A stretch of DNA of 64,000 nt, taken from the NCBI GenBank assembly GCA_964035545.1, contig OZ037767.1, positions 26,614,628 through 26,678,627 of the forward strand, given 5' to 3'. The number at the start of each line of letters is the position of its first letter. The stretch's first letter is position 1. The position numbers and the translations under genes were made by a program. The notes beneath the pieces are model-generated. The model worked only from the letters and a program-made list of their open reading frames with translations, had not been told where the DNA came from and searched no databases. Positions 37,401-50,800 of this stretch are shown here, one piece after another. This DNA comes from Bugula neritina. Its lineage: Eukaryota; Animalia; Bryozoa.

Positions 37401-38144
37401 AGTCATGGATTTTGCAACCTGTCAAGTCAAGTTGATAACACTTTTTGCTCTGTCAATGTGTTTTTTAGTTTTGATAATTTTTGCTATTAGTATTAATGGT
37501 TTTGGCAAGTTGGAGTTTCTGCAGAAATATTTTTATTCTGCTTCAGTAATATGAAATGGTTTGAGACAAGTAAAAATTCAGCACAACTTAGCTAAAGGAA
37601 AAAATATCTTAATCAGGTTAAACGTCATATCATCAAGTACCCAAAGCTATTGGATAGCTTTGAATATTTGACTATGTTTTGAGTTTAGAAAAAGTATTGT
37701 GTTTTATTTATTATTAACTGAAACCAAAAAACATAGTGCTTAGACTTCAATTATATTGGCAAATAACCATAATGAATTAATATTTAAAGCATAAGAGAAT
37801 GTTATTTTCATCATTAATATATTTTTTTCTTTATTTTACTAATTTTCAAGTGTTATCCTTTATAAGCAATACATAAGCTTTTATATTTAAGAAAGAGTGT
37901 GTAAGTGGAGCTTTTTAGCAGGTGACGTTTCTTATTGTAAAACACAATAAAATACCTTATTTGTTAAATGCAGAAAATAATAAAAATGATTTTGCACAAA
38001 GTAGTGATACTCTTGCACTGTTTTACACAGTTTACCTTAAGTGTTAGAAATCATATGATTATAGTGAACTGGATTTGTTTTCAATTGTGAACAATTAAGC
38101 AGGGATAGTAAGAGTAAACTAATTTATGTTATTGTTTTTAGAAG

Positions 38145-38828
38145 ATGAATGGAATTGGTAGAGAGCTTCGACCTGTTCTTCAGCCTATAAAATCCGTGAA
38201 AGTTGGTATTTTAGGGTCAAACAATATAGTGCTAAATGGCTGCAAATTGTTAGACATCACATTTTCTGACAATGATCAAAGTCTAGTTCACATAAGTGCA
38301 ATTGAATTCACCAATCGCTATACAGGAACAGTTGTGATTTCAGGAAAATATAAAGTTCTGCAGTCACCTTCAAATACAGATAGTTTTAGATTGGAATGGC
38401 GAAAACTTATAACAAAACGGCTGATGCCCAAGTACCATTATGTCACTGGAGCTGAATCAAGATTTCTTATAAGGTCAACCGAGTTTTTGACTGATGCCGT
38501 AGATATCTGCGCTCTGAGAATTGTGCTACAGCAGCCGTCAGTACAGTTTTCTGATTTTTCCATTGAAAACTTGAAAGTGTACACAGAAAGCGCATCTAAA
38601 AATCTTCCAGACTCAGTTGCTAAATTATTGACCATTAAATGTGGGGACAGTTCAACTCATTTAAGCCAGACTTATAAAGATTTCCCACCATCAGTTGAAA
38701 AAGTATCATCACTACTACAAAGGATGTGGTCATTGGGTAAAAAATGCCATGATCTTAATCACACAAATATTCATATACAGAGATTTGACAAAGATGGATG
38801 TTACGATATAAATTTACTATCATATTGA
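38145..38828 (+). CDS. NICN1: Nicolin-1 (tubulin polyglutamylase complex subunit), 227 aa, single coding exon
   Basis: Motifs FTNRYT, LMPKYH..GAE, LRIVLQQPS, QRMWSL and C-terminal RFDKDGCYDINLLSY match the nicolin-1 family. A splice acceptor just before the ATG implies a 5'UTR intron. Confidence 0.9.
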   Translation: MNGIGRELRPVLQPIKSVKVGILGSNNIVLNGCKLLDITFSDNDQSLVHISAIEFTNRYTGTVVISGKYKVLQSPSNTDSFRLEWRKLITKRLMPKYHYVTGAESRFLIRSTEFLTDAVDICALRIVLQQPSVQFSDFSIENLKVYTESASKNLPDSVAKLLTIKCGDSSTHLSQTYKDFPPSVEKVSSLLQRMWSLGKKCHDLNHTNIHIQRFDKDGCYDINLLSY

Positions 38829-39375
38829 TAACAATAGAGCTGATTTAAATTTTCAGTTTTATTGTATCAAACAAACCAAAGATATTCTTACATTTTTTTT
38901 TGTTTATATACAATGAATAAAGAAATAACATATATTTTATACTTAATGGACAGTGTGGAATATAATTTTATAAAGCTTTTAGATATGTTAAATTGTAAAT
39001 AGTGGGTGTTTTTATATATTTTTTCAAATATAGAATTGAGGTGCAGAAGCAAAATAAGTTTTATAAATTTTTTACTACATCAAATCTATGCTATTATGTT
39101 GTCAAAGGTCAAAAACAACCTTTGATAGAAAAATCACTAAAAATATAGTCACATAAAACTTCTGTGTATATATATATATATCACAAAATAAAACCTTCCT
39201 AAAAATAAAAGTGTATAACAGTGTATAATAGGCCTAAAAAGTGTAGAGGCTTGTATAATAAATATATGACTAAGAGAAATAATTGCACTAAATGAGAGTA
39301 AACAGTGGAACAGTAAACATTGAAAATTTCATTTCAGCACCTAATAAATTCACATCTCGGGACATAGCAGCTAAT

Positions 39376-42006
39376 CTAAATATCGGCCAATTCAGTTAAA
39401 TCACCTTCACACAGCATAGAACTAGGTGATATTTCTTGTAGAGTACTAGGTGAGATAGAGTAACTCTCCGAGGTGGTTGTACAGCTCTGACTATCCTGTG
39501 AACAACTTACAACTGTATTACAGCTGATATCAACCAACTCCGACCGATCTCCATCCTCAACTGGCAACGTAACTGATCCTAGAAACACATAGAAAATATC
39601 AATCTGGGTTGTTCATTTTTTACGACACAATATATGTCACTATGAGCTGATCGATATTGAGATGTATAGATAGAAGTGCGAATTTTGTAGCCTGTTCTTA
39701 ATAGCGTAAGTTAAATGATTCATATTGGTACTTACCAACAGACTTGACTTCACTGGGCTGCGTAGTCATTGGTATGTCATTGGGGGTAAACATGTCCTTA
39801 CACAAAACACTACCATCACCAGACGCGGCATTTGCACCTATCCCAGGGTACACCGGCCCATAGCAACCAGCATCCATGTAGCCAATAGGTGAGTAAAACC
39901 CACTACAATCTCTAAAGAAAATCCACAAAATAAATTTGTAACAAATAGTTATAGCATGGTCTTTAAAATATGATATAGTATAATTCTATAGATTGTTAAT
40001 GGTGTAGAAACCAAATTAAAGAAAGCTTTATATATATTTGTGCCTAGTATAATACTAACCCAGGCACCAGACAAGGCTGGGGCACAACAGGCTCATTGGT
40101 GAGGTGAGCATCATAGTTGGGAGAGAAATAGAACATGGATGGGTGGTATGATATGGGGGCGAATCCTTGGGCAGCAGCAATGGGATCTGTAGTCCCTACA
40201 AATAAGTAAATATTTAGGAATATGATGGTAAGCAGAAAAATTCACATCTCTATCAAGTAAACTTGGCCATTTGGTTGAATTGCAGCACTGCACACTCCCA
40301 ACTGTTTTAAACTCGGGCACATGATTTAGATACCAAATTCAAGAACAACTAACTAAATAGTCTTTATTTAACTACAACATTATTATTCTCAACAGCTTCC
40401 AGCCACAAACTTACAGTGTGCTTCCGGGCAGCAGTATGAGTCCGCAGGAGTACAGCCACCACAGCAAGTCAGCATACAATCAGCAGACGTGTTGATAGGG
40501 GGGACAAACCCTGGAGCAGCAGTCATGCCACACCTTCCCTCTCCACAGGGGCCAGGGAGCATAGAACTAGATCCAGTAACACTGATTGGTACACCATGGA
40601 CTACGTGGTTGGTAGAAGATTTCTTCGGGGCGGCGGAGCCAACATAGCTCTCCATGATTTGCTCTTTCTGGCAACATAAAATGGCTATACAAAATTCAAA
40701 TAACTTTTTAAGTTTTCAGCATATTAAGTTATCAGAGTTGTAGTTACAACATGCATCTATCTTATTAGGTATAAATATGTTTATATGTGGCACCTTCGCA
40801 GCAGATAGTCTATTATCATCTTTTTTTGCTGAAGTTGAACCCTTTGGTCTGCCTACTTCTCCTTTTTTACGATTGTTGCTTAGTCTCTGAGCATCAGCTG
40901 ACTGTCTAGTTGACCTGAATACACCTTGCTGCCGTAACCTTTGCTCTCTTCTAGCTTTTTTCAATTTGCGGGCATGTCCAGGGCAGTACTGGTAGTCTAT
41001 GATTAGCAGGTACAAACTTGTAGTTTATTTCTCTAATAACTAACATGACTACTGCTCGATGTAGCATGTTTGTAAGCTTCTTTATTTTAAATAAACATCT
41101 GTCTATAGAAAACATTATACTGAATTATTTTACAAAAAAAACTGAGCAAAATTCAAATAACTAAAAACTGAGAAATACTTGGATATTTTCTTCGATGCTC
41201 CAAATCTTCACGGTGAGCCATGTCATGGTATTTCTTTCTTAAATCATCAGACAACTCTTTCCACGCTGCACCAAGCCTTTTAAATATCAACAAAATATTT
41301 GAACAAAATAAAAAACATTATATAACAGAAAAAAATAGAATACCTAGTAACAACTTGAATATAACATTTTGCATTACCTCGAACTAATCATGTTATTGGG
41401 CTCTCCTGGAAACTCTCTTTTCAGCTCTTTGCGTTTCTCATTTGAGAATATCATGAAAGCATTCAATGGTCTAGGAATTTTTTTCAGCTCTCCATCAATA
41501 TATTGCACTAGAAAATAGAATCAAGTAACATAACGTATGCATTTACTTTATCATTCAGTACCTATAGAAAAACTGAAGGAATTTTGTCAAAAATGTAGAA
41601 CTAGATCTATATAATAAGATACTAATAGTAATATTTAATTATTCACTAGACTCATGGTTAAACTTTAGTATTTCACATTATTTAAACACAAAATAATCAA
41701 TTAAACTAATTTCTAATCCTACTTGCTAAAAAATAAAATTCAAGATTAAGAAATGTTATTCTTCCCACTTTCACTTTGGGCTTGCTTAATTAAATATTAC
41801 TACTCACTGTTTCCTCTAATGATAGAATCTGAAAGCATAGAGCTTGGACCTTCCATTGGATCATCATGTTGATATTCATTGGCCAGAATACGAATGTGCT
41901 CGCTTTGTTGAATAACAGTGGTTTGATAACCAAAGTTAGAGTGGTTGTTCAACTGTTGGTTGTGATGACTTATTTGTTGTTGAAACTGTATTGAGTCTGA
42001 AGACAT
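39376..42006 (-). CDS. Divergent Sox/TCF-class HMG-box transcription factor, 8 exons: 41808-42006, 41378-41507, 41179-41276, 40794-40996, 40415-40667, 40060-40195, 39736-39911, 39376-39578
   Basis: Spliced HMG box KIPRPLNAFMIFSNEKRKELKREFPGEPNNMISSRLGAAWKELSDDLRKKYHDMAHREDLEHRRKYPNYQYCP, then a basic tail. All junctions GT-AG and in phase. Confidence 0.85.
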
Positions 42007-43132
42007 TGTTTCTAAATCAATCGTTTGTTAGACTTTGATGACAATGGTTTTAGTAGTTTGTTTTCAATGTGAAGTGCAAAAAAATGATTGTATAGTATTT
42101 GATTGTTTGAAATGTTGCTAAGACGCTGTCTTTGTGCAAAGTCACAAAGTTACATCGCTGCGCCATCACACTCAATGCGAGACTACAAACTGAAAGTGAA
42201 ACAGCCTGCACCCAGTATCCGCAGGTGTAGAGCAGCCTGATTTGCAGTTGATAAACTCGCGTTTAAGTAACGTTATCATAATGTTAAAATTCTGCTTTTT
42301 TTATTTTACTATGAGTAAATAAATGTCTCCAATGGGTGATGTGACCTCTCCTAAACGAACACAACAACTTTACTAGTTATGGTCGTAATGATCAGGGTGA
42401 TTGAAGTCGTAGCGCGGGTTTTATTTTTAAAATGACTGCAGTCCTTGTTTCTTTACGCGAAAGGCTAGAAAGTGGGGCTCTGATTAAAAAACGAGGTTAC
42501 TATTCTGTTGGAAATGAAAATCGCTTAAAGCAACACTGGGTTGGGGCATCTCAAGTTACGAGTCGGGATTTAAATTTGAGAAAATGACGAGTCTACAAAT
42601 ACTGTACTCAATTACCCCTTACTCCGTGCGGTTTCTAAGTACTCTCTTTAAAAATTACACCCGTTGTCAATCGAATATTGTTTACATTCCCAGATTATCA
42701 TTCATTCGCTTGATTCCAAAGTTCAAAGTAACCCATTATTATAATTACAAAAAAGTATTTTACCATCAGAAGATTTTGATATTTGTTTTCAAATCATCAA
42801 CCATAAAAGTTGATAAAAGAGTTGCTATTATTTTTAGTGTAAAGTCGCCTAAAGTTAGTTATTTACTGTTGAACACAGGCTACTGGCTAGTAATAGCTGT
42901 AGGCGTAACAACCTTTTGACTCTGACTTCTGGGGTTGATGGTGATGGGACCATATTGATATTGACAGTTGAAAATCGTCGGTATAAATGGTTTGTTATCG
43001 GAATCAGTTTTAATCAAAGTACAAAGTACACGCTTAGTTGATGTAGCCGAGTGATAACGTGATGTCATTATGAAAATTCTGTTTCGATGGTCAAGATATC
43101 TTAACGTTAGTATTAGAACAGTGCTTCTGAAA

Positions 43133-46100
43133 ATGAAAGTTTTAGCTTTTTCTTGCTTATTTGGTGCGCTGTGGTGTCTGCACTTCGGTCTATTCAGCAG
43201 CTTGATTATAACTTTTTTTGCCTATCTCTTTACTGGTGGGTGGAAATTTATTATTATCATTGCAAAAACGTTACCAAGAGATGTTGGGGGTCTAATAGTT
43301 GTGACTAAACTAAAGCGGGCTATGAAGAAGTATACCCAAGATCAAGTAGGTGTACCAACTTTATTTTATCAAGTGTGTGACAGGAACCCTGAGAAAACAT
43401 GCTTTATTGATGTAATTGGAGACAGGTATTGGTCATTCAATGACGTGGATAAGTACTCAAACAAAATAGCGAATTATTTCTTATCCCTTGGATATCAACC
43501 TGGAGATTGTGTTGCTATTCTCATGGAATCTAGTGGACAATATGTTGCCACGTGGCTAGGGCTAGCAAAAATTGGTGTCGTTCCTGCTTTACTAAACTAC
43601 AATTTACGGCTGGATTCATTGGCTCACTGTCTTCACGCTGCCGAAGCAAAATCTCTCATTTATAGCTCAGTATTCCGTGGGGCCATCGAAGAAGCACAGT
43701 CACTACTCCCACCATCTCTTAGCCAGGTCGAGCTGGGTGATTCTGTCAAAACATACGTTGATGATAACATTGAGAAAACAAGTGCAGTTCGGCCACCATT
43801 GTTGCGCTACAATTTTAACTCTCCTTTAATTTATATTTACACCTCTGGAACTACAGGCTTGCCAAAAGCTGCAAAGGTGGTGCACAGTAGATATTTTTAC
43901 ATGGCAAATTCGCTGTATAACTTTGGTGGTATGAATTCAAGTACTATAATTTACGACACATTGCCAATTTATCATTCTGCTGGTGGAATTTTGGGGGTTG
44001 GCCAAGCTTTGCTCCAAGGTGAGGATTAACGCTAAAGCTACTCAATTTTTAAGTAAAAGTTAATTTCTTCTTGTGGTTTTGTGCACTTTAGTAACCGCAC
44101 CAATTCAACTCAAAATCATATCTTGTAATGGTAATTAGTTCTTAGAAAGAAAGTTTTTTATTTTGTGGGTATATCATTGCTATGTACTTTATACACCTCC
44201 AGGTTGCACTGTGGTGATTAGAAAGAAGTTTTCGGCGAGCAACTTCTGGGCTGACTGCATTAAATATAATTGTACGGCTGCTCAATACATTGGAGAGATC
44301 TGCCGGTATTTATTGGCCCAGGAGCACAAGTTAGTAGACACGCAGCATAAAGTCTCTCTGGTATATGGCAATGGTCTCAAGCCTCAAATATGGAGGGAAT
44401 TTAAAACAAGGTGCGTCAGGTCTTAACCATAGTTATAAACTCTAAAAGTGCTTCTCATTGGGTTTAGGGTTTGATTTGCTCTCATGATGGACTCACTTGG
44501 TAAAAAGACTTCACTGATCTATACATTATATTTTTTGAATAAAATGTAAAATGTAGAAAATATTAAGCTCACTTTTCAGACTTAAAGTGTGTGAAGCTAA
44601 TGCTTATTGAATACCAAATTCAGCGTGTGACAATCACTGTTTCTGTATTGGCCTTATTCATTATGACTTGTATTCCGAATGTGGGAGTTATCGTACCAAA
44701 ATTATTGGAGTTACTCACTCGGTTACCATTATTGGTGCAAACTTGTTCAAAATTTATTTTTTGCAAGTCTTTATTACATAGTTTCAGTTTCCTTCTTTTA
44801 TAATGTTTGAAAATAGCAGTCACTTTTCAATTACCCGCACCTCTGCCCTCCTCCATAGGCTGTGTATAACTTGCTATGTTAAAGTTTTCAAGGCTATGTA
44901 ACTATGGCAACCATTTGCGTGGTATATGAATTATGATGCTAATGTCTGCATGCTTTAGGTTTAATTTGAAGAAGATAGCCGAGTTCTATGGGGCTACTGA
45001 AGGTAATGCTAATGCAATAAATACAGACAACACTGAGGGTTGTGTGGGATTCACTTCCGTTATCGTTCCTTCCTTCCATCCCATATCCGTGATTAAAGTT
45101 GCTGAAGATGGATCAGCCATCAGAGGTAAGCAATCCAAGACTAAGTGTTTGCTCAATTTCTTCTTGGTAGGAATATTCTAACAAATATTATATTTAATAA
45201 TAGATATTATAATGTTATTATTTCTACTAGATACTAGCATGTTGTAATTTTTACTAGATTGCATGAGATTCGCTGTTTGATATGACTAGACAACAAATCT
45301 TTGCTAATTCAGTTTCTTCTGAATCCTATTGAATATATTTTTTATCATTTTATTGACTCTTCTATAAATTTTAGGAAGTAACGGTTTGTGTATCCGAGCT
45401 GACCCCGGTGAACCTGGCGAGCTGGTGGGGAAGATTTCAAACACAGACTCACTAAATCGGTTTGATGGATACTCGACTAAGGAGGCTACTTCCAAGAAGG
45501 TGAGCCTCATGACTTCAGCATGTTTAATATGTTGTCAAACTTGCCTGTATATGTGTACCACTAGGTATGTCTGTATGCATAAGTTTAGGTTAGGCTTTTC
45601 AATTTTCTACAAGCATCGTTTGATGGGTGTGATTTAGTTAACAAAAGAACTTTTAACAGAGAAAATCATCACAAGTTGCTGGTAGCATCTTTCATCGCAC
45701 AGAAAGTCAAATGACACCCTTGGATGGTGTAATACATCACTCTGTTGTTTCTTCAATCCATCCATTTTAGTTTTTCTTGATTCAGCTGCACTATATTGCA
45801 ACACGTTTAGCTGCTAACATGCTTATCCAACCCATATGTAGTGGCAACGCGCATTCAACAGCTTTTATGACACACACTTCTGAACATTATTGAAGAAGTC
45901 ATATTTTTTCAAACAAAATTTCAATATCCATTACATCGAGTATTTTATATTACATAGAACGTTTTACATATTACATAAAATACTTGATATATTACATATA
46001 TTAAGGTCACATACATAGACAACTATAACAAATTAACAGCTCAATTTGAAGGAGTAAAGAAGAATGAAACCCAAAAGTGCTCCATATTTTTTACTTTGTC

Positions 46101-47433
46101 GGTGATAAAGCAACTCCTTGAATTGTAAAAGAAATATTCTCTTAAAGCATATAGCATGTATGATTTATAAATATTTGTATATGTTGATACATACTGAATA
46201 GTTGTCTAATATTCTGTATTAATATATATTAATAGATAGTCAGTGACGTGTTTACTCGGGGAGATAACTACTTCCTAACCGGTGATGTCGTAGCTATGGA
46301 TGAACTGGGCTACTTGTACTTTAAGGACCGCACCGGGGACACATTCAGGTATCTACTACTTACCTGGCTACTTACCTTGACCTGTAAATGTTGAGTTATA
46401 GCTACTTACCTTGACATGTAAATATTGAGTTATGGCTACTTACCTTGACATGTAAATATTGAGTATTTTTTTAAATTATGTATAACTTTTGATATATTGT
46501 CGTTTTGTAGTTTCATTTCATATTGAGGCTTCGTCTATAATGTGATAGTACTATTATTACACATCCTATACATCACTACGTATAATGTAATAGTACTATA
46601 TATTATATTGTCATAATGTATAGTACCATTTTTTTCTGTCTCATACACTAGTTTATGTATAACAATTTGCAGATGGAAAGGAGAAAATGTGTCGACAGCG
46701 GAAGTTGAAGCTCGTGTAAGTAACGTAATAAACATGATGGATGCTGTTGCCTTCGGTGTGGAGGTACCAGGAGCTGAAGGTGAGGCGTGAAGACAACTTC
46801 TTATTTATTGTCTGGACAGATTTGTGCCCGTATTATCTCAACCTTAATTGTTTATTTAGTTGTTACATTTTTGTATTATAAAGGACCTGCATTCCTTTAT
46901 AATTTGAAAAAGAATTGATTGTAAAATAGGATTTCAAGTTTGCAATAGTCTACAATATTTAGAGTCGTCTTCTAATGTTATATAAAGAGCGGCTCTGCCA
47001 TGTTAAGGCAAACCTCATAACAGTGTAACTATTCTTTTAATAGAGTGTTTTGTGACTTTAACAGCACGGATTATTATAATTTGGTATATTTGATAATTTA
47101 TTCTTAATGTACGTGTAATAATGCACCTGTTGAACAGGTAAAGCTGGCATGGTGGCCATAGAAGATCCTGACAGAAAGGTAGATGTTTCATCCCTCTACA
47201 AGAACATATCCATGGTACTACCAGCTTACGCTAGACCAATATTTGTAAGAATACTTCAGTCGGCCAATAAGACTAGCACCTTCAAGCTACAGAAAGTGGA
47301 GCTCAGAAAGGAGGGCTTCAACCCATCCCTTGTTTCTGATCAAATGTATTACCTCAATGCTAAACAGGGCCAATATTTGCCTCTCACTCTATCAGTATAT
47401 GAAGACATTCAAAAGAATCGCATCAGATTCTAA
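43133..47433 (+). CDS. SLC27A: Long-chain fatty-acid transport protein / very-long-chain acyl-CoA synthetase (SLC27A1/4-like), 7 exons: 43133-44018, 44203-44410, 44959-45125, 45375-45499, 46236-46348, 46673-46779, 47138-47433 (in-frame upstream ATG at 43070)
   Basis: AMP-binding [14 protein letters not shown]; [12 protein letters not shown]; [10 protein letters not shown]; EFYGATEGN; FATP signature [23 protein letters not shown]; LPAYARPIF. Confidence 0.95.
46355..46465 (+). repeat. About 34-bp tandem repeat (GCTACTTACCTTGACATGTAAATATTGAGTTAT), 3 copies, just after the FATP exon-5 donor
   Basis: Three near-identical units plus a partial ctacttacctgg. Confidence 0.85.
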
Positions 47434-47835
47434 AAGTAACTTTTAGTTTAGATTTTTCTTCTCTTCTAAGTCTTTTTCATTATAATATTTGCTACATTGG
47501 TAAACTTTAGGAAGGATTTTTAGGTGAAATTATTTATGGGTTATATTTAAACAATAAACCATCATCTTGAATTACTATTTTTTAGTTTTTGTTGCTCATA
47601 CTATCAATTGCTTCTTACCTTTTCAATTGTTTTAAAAAGCTCATTTTAGACCTAATGATAAATGCTGTGTATTTTAGATTTTAATATTACAAAGCTTTAT
47701 GTTGACCCAAAGATTTAATAGTTAAATTATGTAATTTGTCAACTTTTTGTTTCAAGATATAAGCGTGGCGTCTTTAAAGTGCATTAATTAATATGGAGCA
47801 AAGAATTTTGTGGAATAATTTTATAAAATATAACG

Positions 47836-50800
47836 TCATTGATACAATAATGGATATGGTATATCCCTCAATGTTAGTAATGGGTTCGAATTCACATCTG
47901 TCCTGAATACGCCTGCTGAATAATTGTTTATATAATTGCATGGTAGACTGGGAACTGAATTGCAGTTATTATGAGAAGGGGAGTATATCCTCTCCCCTAC
48001 AGCACTGTGACTATTGTAGTTCAGTTCTGAGTTGCTGACGGCCGCTAGCCTTTCTGTGTGCATCAAATTGCCGTGAAATGAACCAGCAGGATAAGAGAAA
48101 TAGTCAAGTTGAGCAGATCTGGCCTGAGGAGTCCAGTAACTTGTATCTACAGCATGAATAGGGGGCGGTCATCAAGCGCAGACGTTGAAGTTAAAATTAT
48201 ATGTCGGATTTTCTATCATTATGTTTTATATGCGTTAGAAGTTTTGGATAAAAATAATATATAATGAGACACAGTTTGTTGTTACTGAGATATTAAGAAT
48301 GTTTCATCAATTATCTAATAAAGAAAACAGATCTTAGGCTTTTAGCAAATTAAAAAGGCGTCTATATACAAATTACAAGTATTTTCATAGACTTGCTAGC
48401 AGACTTGGTTACACTGGTTTATATTATATTATATTTATGAACACTCGCACACGTGTACACACTTGCGCATCAGAGTAGCCATGCGATTTGTATTGCTTAC
48501 TTACCATAGAGTTGTGTAGTGTAGGCAGAATAAGATTGCAATGTCTGGAAAGGCGAATACACTTGCTCACATTTGTTTATTACCTCATTAGCTGGAATTT
48601 CCGACATGCTCTAAAAGACAAACAACCATAAGTCAAGTGTTGGCAAAACACTGCAGCTACAGTGGAATAATTCTGGTAACCCTCTAGTTGCCATATGATC
48701 ACAAGTACCTTACAAGTACCTGATTAGTAGAGGAAGATTTTCTTGGTTTTCTAACTTTAGTGGGTCGACACATGCCATCCCCCAACTCGCTGTCATCTAG
48801 CAGCACATTAGAATGTAGATGTGGCATTGTGAATTCTATGTTTCTCTTCCCTATTAAACTCGTTCCTTCCTCTTCACTATAAGTAATAAAAACTCGCACA
48901 AGTTTATAGCCACTATCTCTGTGAGAAAGCCCTGATGGAAAAGGGTTCTTCTAAAGTGGGTTGAGGACTTATTCATAAGTGACATAGGAGTAATTACGAC
49001 TGGATGCTCTTTCTAACACCACCAATGGCCTTTACTGGGGTTTAAGCTCACAACTTCGTGTTTACTAAGCCAATAATAGCTTAAGATCTACCACTTTAAA
49101 TACATGTAAATACAAGAATAAAAGTAAAACATATAAACAAAATGTTGTATTATTTGGTTCAGTAGGAGGTACTTTTGTGGATTGGACATACGTTAGCTTT
49201 GTATGGTAACAGAGGATAGAATCTGGTCTGCTGTTTCTGTACAACACTCTAGCTGACGTTTGTAGCCATAGAGGTTGGTTATCTTTACCAATTAGTCTAT
49301 AGGCTATCAAACCTGTACTCCCCGTCTTTAGCACTACAAGTATAAAATACTTTGGCTATTCACACAAATTATACAATATTCTGCTGAGAGATTCTATCAT
49401 TGTCTCTTGAGAGTATTATGTGTGGTGCTCCATGGGCTGATATACGCTGCTTGTGTCATGGCTGCATTGACTGGCTTATGTGGAAAACATTGTTCAAATT
49501 GTAGCAGCATACGCAATTTCTGTTTTATAATTACAACAAAATACGTTTCATAAAATAAAATTTATAAGATTCTATTAAAATTAGACAGAGAATCAATATA
49601 GCTGTCTATTCCAGTGGCAGAGTGGCAAGTTTCTGATAACATACACATTCTTCTATTTCTTGTGGTAAAAATTGGATTTCTCAACAAAAAATAATTACCT
49701 TTAAAACCCGAAAAATGTTCTATGAAACATTACTCCTATTTAGACTACAGCATAAACTAGTGCGTAGCACATTTACAATAGTTTTTTCAAGATCTTGCTC
49801 CATCTTTGCTCAGGATTTTGAAGTGTTCTTTTAAAAATTGCATTGGAGACAACAACAGTTCTAATTTAAAAGCAATTTGTTAAGCTATAAGCGCTTGCTA
49901 TAAACAGAACATATTTCTGAATCAGTCTCGAATTTATAGAATGTAGAATACTAACATTCTTTATGGGCATCAGAGAAGTATGGAAGGTCCATTGGATGGA
50001 TTATGATGTAAACATTAGTGTTCTCCAGCTCTCCGAGTAGAAGCTTCCCTCTAACAACGCATCAGACTTTATTTTACACAGTTTGGCTGATACAAAATTT
50101 ATAACTAAAATGCAACTCAAATACATTGGAGCAGGCATCTATTCAACATGGCTTGCTTTTAAATGTCACTTGAATAGCTTTTTGAGCTAAAACAGTCAGT
50201 TTTCAATTTTTTTAAACAATTTAGTAAACTACATAATATATTATTTCTGTTTGTATATGTTTAATGCATGTCATTGCACTCCCTTCTTGAATGTTGTAAT
50301 TTTTTTCAAGTAAGACAAGAGAAGTAAATACCGTGAATCTAGGCTCGTGATTGTCATGTCAAGTTTGTGTTTAGTCCGAAATGACAAATCTTCAGGGCTA
50401 TACTCAGCCAATGGCACTGGGCCAAACGGGGTGCAGACGGCAAACAAGGATAGACCAGATAAGTCAGTTTGTCCATAGAGGGGTTTCAGATGTCCACAGA
50501 TTTCCATTGTCTGCAAAAGATAACCTGCAGATATACTTATTTTACTGCATTCAAATTTGACAGAAAATTTTAAGCAAAATTTTAGTGCCAATCTCATAGA
50601 CAATATAAACAATCAATAGAAACGTACAATGAAACCTGAAGTATTATCCAATAGGCACCGGAACCTGACAATAAAAGATTTTTGCAGCAACTGGTGGGCA
50701 CCTAAAAATATCCATAAAGATACCAGAAAAAGTTTTATACCCAAATTATGCGACAATGAGCACATGGGCTATGTCACAATACGAATCTTTATACATGCCT

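Noticed and set aside
42584-43068. ORFs of 111 and 62 aa between the HMG gene and FATP
   Set aside because: No motifs or splice support; they lie in an AT-rich divergent promoter region.
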